This document shows, one piece after another, positions 10,069 to 19,684 of a stretch of DNA of 55,542 nt (its first letter is position 1; every line of letters starts with the position of its first letter). The translations under genes were made by a program, and so were the position numbers. The notes under the pieces were generated by a model that was not told the origin of the DNA, ran no database searches, and saw nothing but the letters and a program-made list of their open reading frames with translations. The DNA is from Gemmatimonadaceae bacterium (GTDB taxonomy: Bacteria > Gemmatimonadota > Gemmatimonadetes > Gemmatimonadales > Gemmatimonadaceae), in the NCBI GenBank assembly GCA_044224875.1, contig JBGAJQ010000033.1, forward strand, positions 1-55,542, read 5' to 3'.

Positions 10069-10395
10069 GTGGTCTCCGGTTACAGGCGCCGCAGTCCGGG
10101 TGAGCAGTGAGTGGCCGTACGACAAGAGGCCTAACGACTTACTCTTGCACCCCTCACCCGACCCAACCCCCGCCCGAGCCAAGTGTTGGTGTGCTGCACC
10201 ATTCAGATATTAGCGCCCTCCTCCCACCCGTCAACGACGCCCCTACACCACGCGCACCCGCGCCCATAGAACTCACTTTCCTCACTTCCTCTGCGTCCGG
10301 CTGTGTTTCCGAGGCCAACGGAGCACCCCCCGCATGATCGTTCAAGAGCCCCCGCGCACCTCGCGATACCCTTCGTTCAACCCCCTTTCACCATC

Positions 10396-11697
10396 ATGCG
10401 CCGGCTCTTCACTCTCCTCGCTCTCCCCCTCGCGTTCCACCCCTCTGCCGCCCAGCCCACCGCCATGTTCCGCGGCGGGCCCGAACACCGCGGCGTCTAC
10501 TCGGGGAGCGCTCCCACACTCGCCAACGTGCAGTGGAAGTTCCGCACGAAAGGTCGCGTCATCTCCAGCCCCGCGGTCGCCGACTCCACGGTGTACGTCG
10601 GCAGCACGGACGGAGGTCTCTATGCGATCGATCGTTCATCTGGCACGCAACGATGGCGCTTCGCGACCGAAGGCCCCATTGCCTCATCGCCGGCGGTGGC
10701 GAATGGCTTGGTCTACGTCCTGAGCGCCGACGGTAAGTGCTACGCGGTGGACGCGTCCACGGGTCAACAGCGCTGGGCATTCGCCACCAAGGGTGAACGG
10801 CGCTTCACGGCCCCAGGCATCCACGGCGCCATCCCGCGCACGGAACGGATGCCCGACCCGTTCGACGTCTTCCTCTCCTCTCCGACGGTCGCCAATGGTC
10901 TGGTGATCTTTGGCAGCGGCGACCAACACGTCTACGCCGTGGGTGCAGCTGACGGCAAGATGGCCTGGAGCTTCGGTACGGGCGATGTGGTCCACTCCTC
11001 ACCTGCGGTGGCCAACGGCATGGTCTACATCGGCAGCTGGGACCGCAACCTTTACGCGCTGGACCTCAAGTCGGGGCGCGAACGGTGGCGCTACACCACG
11101 GGCAACGATACGACCATCTACAACCAGATCGGCATCGCCAGCTCCCCCGCAGTCATGGACGGCATGGTCTTTGTCGGTGGACGCGACGGGCACTTTCACG
11201 CGGTGGATGCGGCCACCGGCAAGCTTCGTTGGACGCACGACAACCACATGGGGTGGACGATTGCGTCGCCGGCGGTTCGCGATGGCGTGGTCTATTTCCC
11301 GACGTCGGACGGCACGCGCTTCAAGGCGCTCGACGCCGCCACGGGCTCCGTCAGATTCAACGTCGAGAACAAGGCGGTCTCCTTCTCCTCCCCCGCCCTC
11401 CTGGGTGATGTCGTGTACTACGGCACCTCCGACGGCTGGTTGCACGCGGCGGACACCCGCACGGGTGCCATCACGGCCGAGTTCCAGACGGACGGGTCGC
11501 GGGAGAACGTCGCCAAGTGGACGGACAGCACGGGACGCTTTCAGTCGGGACGCATGTACCCAGACCGCACGCTGGACGGGATGATGGTCGGGATGCGGAC
11601 CATGTTCACGGTCGGTTCCATCCTCTCCTCCCCGGTCATCGTGGATGGTGTCCTGTACGTCGGCAGCACGGACGGCCAGCTGTACGCCATTCGCTAG
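10396..11697 (+). CDS. Secreted PQQ-like (BamB-type) beta-propeller repeat protein
   Basis: Signal peptide MRRLFTLLALPLAFHPSAAQ; many SSPAVxxGxVYxGSxDGxLYAxDxxTGxxRW repeats. Confidence 0.92.
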   Translation: MRRLFTLLALPLAFHPSAAQPTAMFRGGPEHRGVYSGSAPTLANVQWKFRTKGRVISSPAVADSTVYVGSTDGGLYAIDRSSGTQRWRFATEGPIASSPAVANGLVYVLSADGKCYAVDASTGQQRWAFATKGERRFTAPGIHGAIPRTERMPDPFDVFLSSPTVANGLVIFGSGDQHVYAVGAADGKMAWSFGTGDVVHSSPAVANGMVYIGSWDRNLYALDLKSGRERWRYTTGNDTTIYNQIGIASSPAVMDGMVFVGGRDGHFHAVDAATGKLRWTHDNHMGWTIASPAVRDGVVYFPTSDGTRFKALDAATGSVRFNVENKAVSFSSPALLGDVVYYGTSDGWLHAADTRTGAITAEFQTDGSRENVAKWTDSTGRFQSGRMYPDRTLDGMMVGMRTMFTVGSILSSPVIVDGVLYVGSTDGQLYAIR

Positions 11698-11901
11698 GCG
11701 ACTCGATTCGGCAACTTGTACGCGCTCGGTCGGGGGGATCTCGCCACGCTAACGGGGACACGTTGGGAGTAGCTCGCCAAGGCGCCGGTTTGCGAGCGAC
11801 GTCGCAATCACCGGACGCAACCCGCCGCTCATTCGCCCGCACCTTGCGGGCGCGCCGCGCGCCTGCGATTCTGCAACTCCCCCCTTCGCGGAACGGACCG
11901 T

Positions 11902-12708
11902 CTGGTTAAGGCACTCACGGGATTCGCGATTCTCGCCGTCGCCGCGGGCTGCAGCTCCGCGACGTCGATCGATTCGGAACAGCTCACCATCCAGAATCTG
12001 CTGGGTACCGAGCTGGCCTTCATTCCCAGAGATTATCGCGACGCGGGAATTGCCGGGAACCTCTCCAAACTCGGCTTGCCGATCATGCTGTTCGACGTGC
12101 ACCTGTGCAAGGCGGACAGCAGCGCCACCACGGTCAACGCCAGCGGAGTGCCACACGACCTCACGCTGACCTACGGGACGTCGAGCTGCGCCATCGGTGG
12201 CACTTTGGGCACCACCTACGCCGGCAGCATTCGCATCGAGGACCAGGGCGGGAGCTACTCGGCCAAGGTGACGTACAGCGACCTCAAACGCACGTATACG
12301 ATCCCGGGTGGTTCCATCATCAACTCACTGAATGGGACGGTGACGGTCCGTGCGAACTCACCCACCACCGTTCAGGTAGAGCAGCACACGACGGAGCACG
12401 AGATCGCTAACACGTCGGTGGGAATCACCGAGATCGATCGCGTGCGGAACCTAACGATTACGCTGTCAGATACCTCCGGGCACGCCACCGACGGTGTGCT
12501 GTACTATCCGGCCTTGCTGACCATTTCGGGGACGGTGGGGCTGACCTACGTGGGCCCCGACCCCTACGACCTGAGCGTGGCGGTGTCCACACTGGTGCCC
12601 TTCGTGCCCGATCTGTTGTGCACGGGAGGCTTTCGCAGTGGCCAACTGCGCGGGGACGCCACGGGATCGCACACCGGTCAGGTGACGCTCAACTACACCT
12701 GCCAGTAG
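11902..12708 (+). CDS. Hypothetical lipoprotein (beta-rich); start probably upstream of the ORF-track call, possibly CTG at 11902
   Basis: Frame is open from 11773; VKALTGFAILAVAAGC is a lipoprotein signal but no in-frame ATG/GTG/TTG precedes it. Confidence 0.65.
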   Translation: MVKALTGFAILAVAAGCSSATSIDSEQLTIQNLLGTELAFIPRDYRDAGIAGNLSKLGLPIMLFDVHLCKADSSATTVNASGVPHDLTLTYGTSSCAIGGTLGTTYAGSIRIEDQGGSYSAKVTYSDLKRTYTIPGGSIINSLNGTVTVRANSPTTVQVEQHTTEHEIANTSVGITEIDRVRNLTITLSDTSGHATDGVLYYPALLTISGTVGLTYVGPDPYDLSVAVSTLVPFVPDLLCTGGFRSGQLRGDATGSHTGQVTLNYTCQ

Positions 12709-12750
12709 CCCCAACGGGGAACTATGCTCATGCAAGTCGCGCCGCTGGGC

Positions 12751-12868
12751 GGGTGGTGATGCCGGTTGTGCGCATGGAGAGTGTTATGCCGCTTGTATGG
12801 CTGAAGGCTGAAGGCGTCGCGTCGCGTCGCTGGAAGGGTGTTGATGCCGGTTATGCGGATGGAGGGTG
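12751..12868. repeat. Imperfect 33-bp direct repeat (2 copies plus a degenerate partial copy)
   Basis: 12751-12783 GGGTGGTGATGCCGGTTGTGCGCATGGAGAGTG versus 12836-12868 GGGTGTTGATGCCGGTTATGCGGATGGAGGGTG, 29/33 identical. Confidence 0.75.
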
Positions 12869-13026
12869 AAGCCGTCGCGCAGCATGGACAGTGCTGATAC
12901 CAGGCACGCGGCCCGGGTGCGCTACGCAGGCTGTGCGCACCCTTTGCGCGAAAGACTCCATCCGTTGTAGGGTTCGGGCGGTGAATCAACGCCTCCACTG
13001 CGCCTTCCCCTGCCGAGGAGCGGCCC

Positions 13027-14811
13027 ATGCTGCGGCCCGTCGCCGACGCCAGTACGCCTGATCGCTGGCTGATCGCGCTCCTGATTGGAGCGTTCGCGGC
13101 CCTCGCGTGGGTCGTCGTCCTCCTGTGGCGGAGGTCGCGTCAAACCCGCGCCCTGGCCCGCGCCACTCGCGAGCTCGATGACAGTGGTCGTTGGATAGCC
13201 CCCGCATCCTTGCCGGGCGACCTGGCCGAGTTGGGGGGTGCCATTCAGCACCTGAGCCGAGCGTTCAGCAGCAAGGCAGACGTCCTGCAGGCCACCACGG
13301 ACGCGCACCATGCGGCCGAAGCGGAACTGCGAAAGGAGATCGCGCTGCTGCGCGACACGGTAGCCAGCGAGCGCGAGGCGGTCGACGAGCGGTTGGAGCT
13401 AGCGATCACCTCGGCGCCGAGTGGCATGCTCCGTATCAACGAGGCAGGCATCATCACCTTCGCCAACCCGGAGTCCGAACGACTCTTTGGCTACGAAGCA
13501 GGAGAGCTGGCCGGCAAGGCCGTTGACCTGCTCGTCCCGCCGAACCGTCGCAGTGGCCACGATCGCCTGCGCGCGCAGTTCGTCAACGCCCCCAGCAAGC
13601 GGATGATGGGCGCTGGACGCGAGCTGTTTGGCGTGCGGAAGGACGGCAGCCGCATTCCGGTGGAAGTCGGCCTCACACCCATCCGGTCGCGCAAGGAGTT
13701 CATGGTGCTGGCGGTGGTGATCGACATCAGTGAACGACGCGCCGCCGAGGAAAGGTTTCAGCTGGCGGTGGAGGCGTCGCCGAGTGGTTTCGTGATGTTC
13801 GATGCCAGCGGCACCATCGTGCTGGTGAACCAGGAAACCGAACGACTGTTCGGTTACCGCCGCGAAGACCTGATCGGGAAGCCGATCGAGATCCTCGTCC
13901 CCGACGCCATGCGCGCAGGACACGCCGGTCTGCGTGCCGACTTCTACGCCGAGCCTCGGCGACGCGCGATGGGTACGGGGCGCGACCTCTTTGGTCGACG
14001 GCGTGATGGCACCGAAGTTCCCCTGGAAATCGGCCTGAATCCCATCGCCACCGCCGAGGGGGTATTCGTCCTCGCCTCGGTCGTGGACATCAGCCAGCGC
14101 AAGATGTTCGAGCACGAACTCCGCAGGTCCAACGCCGACCTGGAGCAGTTCGCCTACGTCGCGTCACACGACTTGCAGGAGCCCCTGCGCGCCATCGCCA
14201 GCTTCACCGAGTTGCTGGAGCAGCGCTACGGCGACCAGCTGGACGAGAAGGCGAAGTCCTACATTCACCATGCGGCGGACGGCGCGCGGCGGATGCAGCG
14301 CCTCATCCGCGACCTGCTCAAGGTGTCGCGCGTGGGCCAGGGCCAGGTGCTCCTCGCGCCCACCGACTCTGGCGCGATCCTGCGCGAGGTCGTCGAGACG
14401 CGGCTGCGCGATGCCATCCGCGACGCCAACGCCACGGTGCAGGTGGGAGCACTCCCGGTGGTCCAAGCCAACGATGGGTTGCTTGGTCAGCTCCTGCAAA
14501 ACCTGCTGGGCAACGCCCTCAAGTTCCGCGCCCCGGATCGGGCGCCGGTGATCGACGTTTCCGCCGAGCGGCTCGGCGCCATGTGGCGGTTTGCGATCAA
14601 GGACAACGGCATCGGCATTGCAGCTGAACACTCAGAGCGCGTGTTTCAGCTGTTTCAACGCCTGCACTCGGTGGCCGAGTATCCGGGGAGCGGAATCGGA
14701 CTTGCATTGGCGCGTCGCATCGTGGAACGACACCACGGCCGGATATGGTTCGAGTCGCACGCTGGCGACGGAACGACGTTCTACTTCACACTCCGGGCGG
14801 ACCGTTCCTAG
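13027..14811 (+). CDS. Sensor histidine kinase (TM, HAMP-like, two PAS, HisKA, HATPase)
   Basis: Two PAS repeats (NPESERLFGY, NQETERLFGY); H-box FAYVASHDLQEPLR; N box QNLLGNALKF; G boxes DNGIGI and GSGIGLA. Confidence 0.95.
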   Translation: MLRPVADASTPDRWLIALLIGAFAALAWVVVLLWRRSRQTRALARATRELDDSGRWIAPASLPGDLAELGGAIQHLSRAFSSKADVLQATTDAHHAAEAELRKEIALLRDTVASEREAVDERLELAITSAPSGMLRINEAGIITFANPESERLFGYEAGELAGKAVDLLVPPNRRSGHDRLRAQFVNAPSKRMMGAGRELFGVRKDGSRIPVEVGLTPIRSRKEFMVLAVVIDISERRAAEERFQLAVEASPSGFVMFDASGTIVLVNQETERLFGYRREDLIGKPIEILVPDAMRAGHAGLRADFYAEPRRRAMGTGRDLFGRRRDGTEVPLEIGLNPIATAEGVFVLASVVDISQRKMFEHELRRSNADLEQFAYVASHDLQEPLRAIASFTELLEQRYGDQLDEKAKSYIHHAADGARRMQRLIRDLLKVSRVGQGQVLLAPTDSGAILREVVETRLRDAIRDANATVQVGALPVVQANDGLLGQLLQNLLGNALKFRAPDRAPVIDVSAERLGAMWRFAIKDNGIGIAAEHSERVFQLFQRLHSVAEYPGSGIGLALARRIVERHHGRIWFESHAGDGTTFYFTLRADRS

Positions 14812-15047
14812 CCCTCGCGCAGCTTCTTTCGCTTCCGAATCTCCTTCACGACCACACTTGCTGCGGCGATCGCCCCTGAGATCAGTGCCGCCTTGGCCGC
14901 CTTCTTTCCAACGACACCGGCCTCCTTTACCTTCGCGCGCACCGCCTTCCGCCCCACACTCGCCATAACGCTCGACTCGGCCTTCTCGAATACGCGTTTG
15001 GCCGCGCTCTTCGCCTGTTTGGTCGCTCTACCTGTCAGTCGGGGCAT
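14808..15047 (-). CDS. Small Lys/Ala-rich basic hypothetical protein (79 aa)
   Basis: MPRLTGRATKQAKSAAKRVFEK...KKAAKAALISGAIAAASVVVKEIRKRKKLREG; its stop overlaps the kinase stop convergently. Confidence 0.7.
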   Translation of the reverse strand: MPRLTGRATKQAKSAAKRVFEKAESSVMASVGRKAVRAKVKEAGVVGKKAAKAALISGAIAAASVVVKEIRKRKKLREG

Positions 15048-15271
15048 CGTGTTCACTCGTAAGAGAGTCACAGTGAGCGTGCGGATCGCCTGCTCCATGT
15101 ATGTGTGGGTGAACGATTCGGTTTGCGCAATCCGCGTTCGCTTGATTTCTCCGATTGCTTCTTGTCCAGCGATCCGCCGCGCGGTGGGTGAACGCTGGGC
15201 TTGCTCAATCCGCGTTCACGTGATTCTCCGATTGCCTCGTGTCCGGCCTCCATGGCGAGTAGGTTCACCCG

Positions 15272-17062
15272 ATGAACTGGGGTACTTCGTTTCTCCTTGC
15301 CTTGCTCACCGCCGGTGCCGGCTTGCTGCTCGGCGGTGCCATCGCCTCCGGCTGCGTTCGCTGGTACCAGATCTCTTCGTTCGAGGGGGGCGCGGGTTAC
15401 TTCGTGGTCGGGCTGGCGCTCGTGGGAGCGATTGCCGGCTTCGTGATCGGCATGGCCGTTGCGCGCATCGGAGGCTTGGCGGGATTCGGCCAGCGCTTCC
15501 TTGTGGCGTGGGGCATCGTCGCGGCGATCGGCGCATTCATCGCCGTCCCTGCCCGCCTCCTGGCCGACGTTGCACCCGAGATTGACGGCGAGCAGCTGCT
15601 CATTGCATTCGAGTTCAAGCTGATGCCGAATGCCACGGACCCGCGCGCGCTCGCTGGGCCTCCGCTGGCCACGCTGGGATCGTCGAGTGGTGGTGTGCAA
15701 CGCGTGTCCGAGGACGGGCCGCTCCTGGTGGAGGACGCCCGACTGGAGGAAGGTCGCTGGATCGTCCCCGGCGCCGTGCGGCTGTTCACGGAGCGCGGCC
15801 AGCGAGTACTCGGAGCTCGCATCGGCGACACGGAGATCGGCTACTTCATCCTCCCCATTCCCCGCTCGCCAGACGCAACACAGCCTACGTGGACCGACTG
15901 GTTCCCTCGCGGTCGCGAGGGGTCACCACCGCTGCCGGACGGCGTGCGCTACCGATTCAAGCTGCTGCGGACGTCACAACCCTTCCGGGTGCAACGGGTG
16001 GGGCCGTTCCGGGTGGAGACGCAGGCGAACTACTTCTATCGCGTGCAGCAGACCCCACGGTTGGCGGCGTATGCATCATTCGCCGTCTTTCATGGCGACA
16101 CGGCGATCGACGGACTGCGCGAGGCCCGAGCGGTCGCCGTCATCCCGGGGGATGTACCGTCGCTGTTGGTGAACGACGGGTCGGAGAACCCGTCCGGGCA
16201 GTGCGTGCTTCTGGTGGACGCGGGAGGCGAGTTGCGCCGAGTGCCAGCCGGCAGCTGCAATTCACCCCTGGCACCACGACTTCTCACCAACGACGCCGCG
16301 GCCTTCGCCCGTCAGCGCGCCGCTGTCCCGGTGCCGGGGTGGTTGGACACCGTCTCGTTCAGCGATCCCGGTTTGTATCGCATCGACCATGCGGTCATCG
16401 ACACACGCGCGCGCACGGCTACGGCGTTCGACCTGCCGACGGAGCCATTTCCGCAGGATCCGCCGGGGCTGATTCTCTTGTCGCCGGACGAGCGGAGTGT
16501 CGTATGGTTCGCCTTTGGTGAATCGGGCGAGTCCGAGGGCGTGTTGGGGGTCACGCGATTTGCCGATGCGACGTCGTATACGCTGCCGATCGAACGGGCG
16601 CGCATGCGTTACCGCGAGCATACGGAGATCGACCCGGCGTGGGTGACCCATCACTTCACCTGGGTAAAGGACGCTACGGGGCGCGATTCCCTCGTACAGC
16701 GGGCTTCCTTCACCCCGCTCCCCCATCGCGGGCAGTTGGCACTCGGCAAGGCCGGGGAATATCAGGCGTACTACCTCAAGCCCGGCAGCGACCGGTTGCG
16801 GGCAGCGCTGGTCGACTGGTTGGTGAAAGAGCGCGGTGGTCAACGGGTGGAGAACCAGAATAGCCCCGACGAGCCGGACGTTGCGGTTGACGGCGAGACC
16901 TACGGGGTGTCGTTTGTTGAATCTGGCGACATGGTGGCGCTGTCGACGTACCATGGGGACCCGGAGGCGCTGCGGCGCATCGCGGCGGCACTGGACGCGT
17001 TGCTGGCGACGGGGCGATTCGACGCGTTCTTTGGGCCGGCACCGGAACCCAAGTCACCCTGA
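15272..17062 (+). CDS. Hypothetical membrane protein (three N-terminal TM helices, large soluble domain)
   Basis: 596-aa ORF with coding-like codon usage; W..ISSFEGGAGYFVV between hydrophobic segments. Confidence 0.8.
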   Translation: MNWGTSFLLALLTAGAGLLLGGAIASGCVRWYQISSFEGGAGYFVVGLALVGAIAGFVIGMAVARIGGLAGFGQRFLVAWGIVAAIGAFIAVPARLLADVAPEIDGEQLLIAFEFKLMPNATDPRALAGPPLATLGSSSGGVQRVSEDGPLLVEDARLEEGRWIVPGAVRLFTERGQRVLGARIGDTEIGYFILPIPRSPDATQPTWTDWFPRGREGSPPLPDGVRYRFKLLRTSQPFRVQRVGPFRVETQANYFYRVQQTPRLAAYASFAVFHGDTAIDGLREARAVAVIPGDVPSLLVNDGSENPSGQCVLLVDAGGELRRVPAGSCNSPLAPRLLTNDAAAFARQRAAVPVPGWLDTVSFSDPGLYRIDHAVIDTRARTATAFDLPTEPFPQDPPGLILLSPDERSVVWFAFGESGESEGVLGVTRFADATSYTLPIERARMRYREHTEIDPAWVTHHFTWVKDATGRDSLVQRASFTPLPHRGQLALGKAGEYQAYYLKPGSDRLRAALVDWLVKERGGQRVENQNSPDEPDVAVDGETYGVSFVESGDMVALSTYHGDPEALRRIAAALDALLATGRFDAFFGPAPEPKSP

Positions 17063-17074
17063 CCTGCGCGGAAG

Positions 17075-17590
17075 CTAGATCGCCTTGAAGTGCTCGAACG
17101 GTTGGCGACAATCATCGCAGACGTACAGCGCCTTGCAGGCCGTGGACCCGAAGTGACTCCGCTCGACGGTCTTGACCGACCCACAAAACGGACAGGCGAC
17201 GGCGCGCGGCGCGCGATGCAAAGTGACGAGCGCGTCTTCGGCAGCTGCAACGTTGAAACCCTGCGGCGGAGCGATCCCGTACTGCCGCAGTCGCTCACGG
17301 GCATCGGGGGCAATCCAATCCGTCGTCCACGCCGGAGAAAAGACCATCTTCACCTGTACGTGCGATGCACCGGCACGCTCGAGTGCGTGGACGACCGCGT
17401 CTTCCATCTCCTTCATGGCCGGGCAGCCGGAGTACGTGGGGGTGATGTCCACTTCCACCACCCGGTTCTCACGCACGCGCACATCGCGCACAACGCCCAG
17501 GTCTACCACGCTGATCACGGGGATCTCGGGGTCCGTGACGTCCTGCAGCACGGCCCATAAGTCCTGCGCCGTGAACGCCCCCGTTACCAC
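17075..17590 (-). CDS. paaD: 1,2-phenylacetyl-CoA epoxidase subunit PaaD
   Basis: DPEIPVISVVDLG, TPTYSGCPA, PAWTTDW, CPFCGS, FGSTACKALYxCxxCxQPFEHFK. Confidence 0.95.
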   Translation of the reverse strand: MVTGAFTAQDLWAVLQDVTDPEIPVISVVDLGVVRDVRVRENRVVEVDITPTYSGCPAMKEMEDAVVHALERAGASHVQVKMVFSPAWTTDWIAPDARERLRQYGIAPPQGFNVAAAEDALVTLHRAPRAVACPFCGSVKTVERSHFGSTACKALYVCDDCRQPFEHFKAI

Positions 17591-18342
17591 TGCACGCCGG
17601 GGAAGGACCGGGCCACGATCTGCATCTCGGCCAGCATGTGGCCCAGGTGTTCCGTGTGATGACCGCTGCGCCCGCCGGTCTGCATGAAGCCGTCGTTAGG
17701 CATCGTCAGCGTCGCTCGGTCGACCACCACCGCCACTTGACCGCGCCATGCGTCACGCAGCCGCGTGGCATCCACCGCCAGCCGGCGCTCCACCAGACGC
17801 TGCTCCAGCGCGTCCCGTTCGAACAGCTCGCCGGTATACCGCCACAGGTGATCGAGGGCTTCCTGCGCGCGCCGGTGCGACTCGGGGGTGCCATCGCCCA
17901 GCTTCACGACCCAATCGGCCGCATGCCGGACGTGATACCGCGCTTCCTTCAGGGCCTTGGCGGCGATACCGGCCAGGTCTTCGTTCGCCCCCTGGGCCAG
18001 CGCCTCCAGTTGCAGGGCGCTGTGCGCGGACACCAACAACTGGCGCACGATCGTGAAGGCAAAGTCGCCTGACGGCAGTTCGCAGATGAGCGCGTTGCGG
18101 TAGTCCACCGCTTCACGGAAGTAGGCCAGCGCATCCTGGTCGCGTCCGGCGTCCTCCACCTTGCCCGCCAACTGCAACAGCAGGTTGGCTTGCCCAATCA
18201 GGTCCAACGAGATGTTGGCGAGGGCGATGTCTTCCTCGAGGATGGGGCCGTGGCCACACCATTCCGAGAGCCGGTGGCCGAGGACCAAGCGGTCATCGCC
18301 CAGCCGCAACAGGTATGCGAAGAGATCGGTGTCGGTCGGCAC
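17584..18342 (-). CDS. paaC: 1,2-phenylacetyl-CoA epoxidase subunit PaaC
   Basis: LRLGDDRLVLGHRLSEWCGHGPILEEDIALANISLDLIGQA; GHHTEHLGHMLAEMQ; GTG start overlaps the paaB stop. Confidence 0.95.
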   Translation of the reverse strand: MPTDTDLFAYLLRLGDDRLVLGHRLSEWCGHGPILEEDIALANISLDLIGQANLLLQLAGKVEDAGRDQDALAYFREAVDYRNALICELPSGDFAFTIVRQLLVSAHSALQLEALAQGANEDLAGIAAKALKEARYHVRHAADWVVKLGDGTPESHRRAQEALDHLWRYTGELFERDALEQRLVERRLAVDATRLRDAWRGQVAVVVDRATLTMPNDGFMQTGGRSGHHTEHLGHMLAEMQIVARSFPGVQW

Positions 18343-18626
18343 TAGAACACCTTCACGCCGCGGGGAACCTTGTAGAACTGCGGGTGACGGTAGACCTTGT
18401 CGTCGGCCGGATCGAAGAAGGGGCCAACGTCGCCTGGCGTCGTGGCGATGATCTCGGCCGCCGGAACGACCCACATGGAGAGCGCGCCGCGACGGCCGTA
18501 GACATCGCGGGCGTTCTGCAGGGCCTGTTCGGAGTCCACGGCGTGAACGCTACCCGCGTGGGCGTGCGGCGCACCCTGCTCTTCCTGAACGAAGACTTCC
18601 CACAGGGGCCATTGAGTGTCGGACAT
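18342..18626 (-). CDS. paaB: 1,2-phenylacetyl-CoA epoxidase subunit PaaB
   Basis: WPLWEVF...HAGSVHAVDSEQALQNARDVYGRR...SMWVV...DKVYRHPQFY (C-terminal part of the 485-aa track ORF). Confidence 0.95.
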   Translation of the reverse strand: MSDTQWPLWEVFVQEEQGAPHAHAGSVHAVDSEQALQNARDVYGRRGALSMWVVPAAEIIATTPGDVGPFFDPADDKVYRHPQFYKVPRGVKVF

Positions 18627-18712
18627 TGGTACCGGTACCGGGAAAGTGAAGAGTCGTGGCGATTCGTGTGACTTCGCGAAATTCGGTGATGGTGAGGTGA
18701 AAAGCGCCGTCG

Positions 18713-19684
18713 TTAGGCGGCCGCCCCGCGGGCGCGCTCCGCCTGCTTCTGCGCGTAGGCCTCGGCGGCTTCGCGAACCCACGCCCCTTCGTCGTGTGCC
18801 TCTCGCCGCGCCGCCATTCGCTCGCGGTTGCAGGGCCCATCGCCCTTCACCACGCGCCAGAACTCGTCCCAATCGATCTCGCCAAACTGCCAGTTCTCGT
18901 TCGCTTCGTCGTAGTGAAGCGCTGGATCGGGCAACGTGAGGCCGATCGCCTTGGCCTGTGGCACCGTCAGGTTCACAAAGCGTTGGCGCAACTCGTCGTT
19001 GCTCTTTCGCTTCACGCCCCAGCGAATCAGCTCGGCGGAGTTGGGAGAGTCCTTGTCGGACGGGCCGAACATCATGAGCGACGGCCACCACCAGCGGTTC
19101 ACGGCATCCTGCACCATGGCCTTCTGCTCGGGGGTCCCCCGCGCCAGCACGGCGCAGGACTCGTAGCCCTGGCGCTTGTGGAAATTCTCTTCCTTGCAGA
19201 TGCGAATCATCGCGCGCGCATACGGCCCATACGAACTCTTGGCCAGCATCGTCTGGTTCACGATGGCTGCGCCATCCACCAACCAGCCGATCACGCCAAT
19301 GTCGGCCCACGTGAGCGTGGGATAGTTGAAGATGCTCGAGTACTTGGCCGCGCCGCTCAACAACTGATCGACCAGCGTCTCGCGATCGACGCCTAACGTC
19401 TCGGTGCCGCAGTAGATGTAGAGGCCGTGGCCCCCTTCGTCCTGTACCTTGGCAATCAGGCACATCTTCCGCCGCAAGGACGGCGCCCGTGTGATCCAGT
19501 TCCCCTCGGGAAGCATGCCGACGATCTCCGAATGCGCGTGCTGCGACATCATGCGCACCAGCTGCTTGCGATACCGCTCCGGCATCCAGTCTTTCGGCTC
19601 GATCACTTCTCCACGGGCAATGCGCGCCTCGAACTCGGCCATCTGCGCGGCATCTTCCTGCGACGGAGACGTTTTCTGCTCCAT
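18713..19684 (-). CDS. paaA: 1,2-phenylacetyl-CoA epoxidase subunit PaaA
   Basis: [53 protein letters not shown] diiron motifs. Confidence 0.97.
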   Translation of the reverse strand: MEQKTSPSQEDAAQMAEFEARIARGEVIEPKDWMPERYRKQLVRMMSQHAHSEIVGMLPEGNWITRAPSLRRKMCLIAKVQDEGGHGLYIYCGTETLGVDRETLVDQLLSGAAKYSSIFNYPTLTWADIGVIGWLVDGAAIVNQTMLAKSSYGPYARAMIRICKEENFHKRQGYESCAVLARGTPEQKAMVQDAVNRWWWPSLMMFGPSDKDSPNSAELIRWGVKRKSNDELRQRFVNLTVPQAKAIGLTLPDPALHYDEANENWQFGEIDWDEFWRVVKGDGPCNRERMAARREAHDEGAWVREAAEAYAQKQAERARGAAA

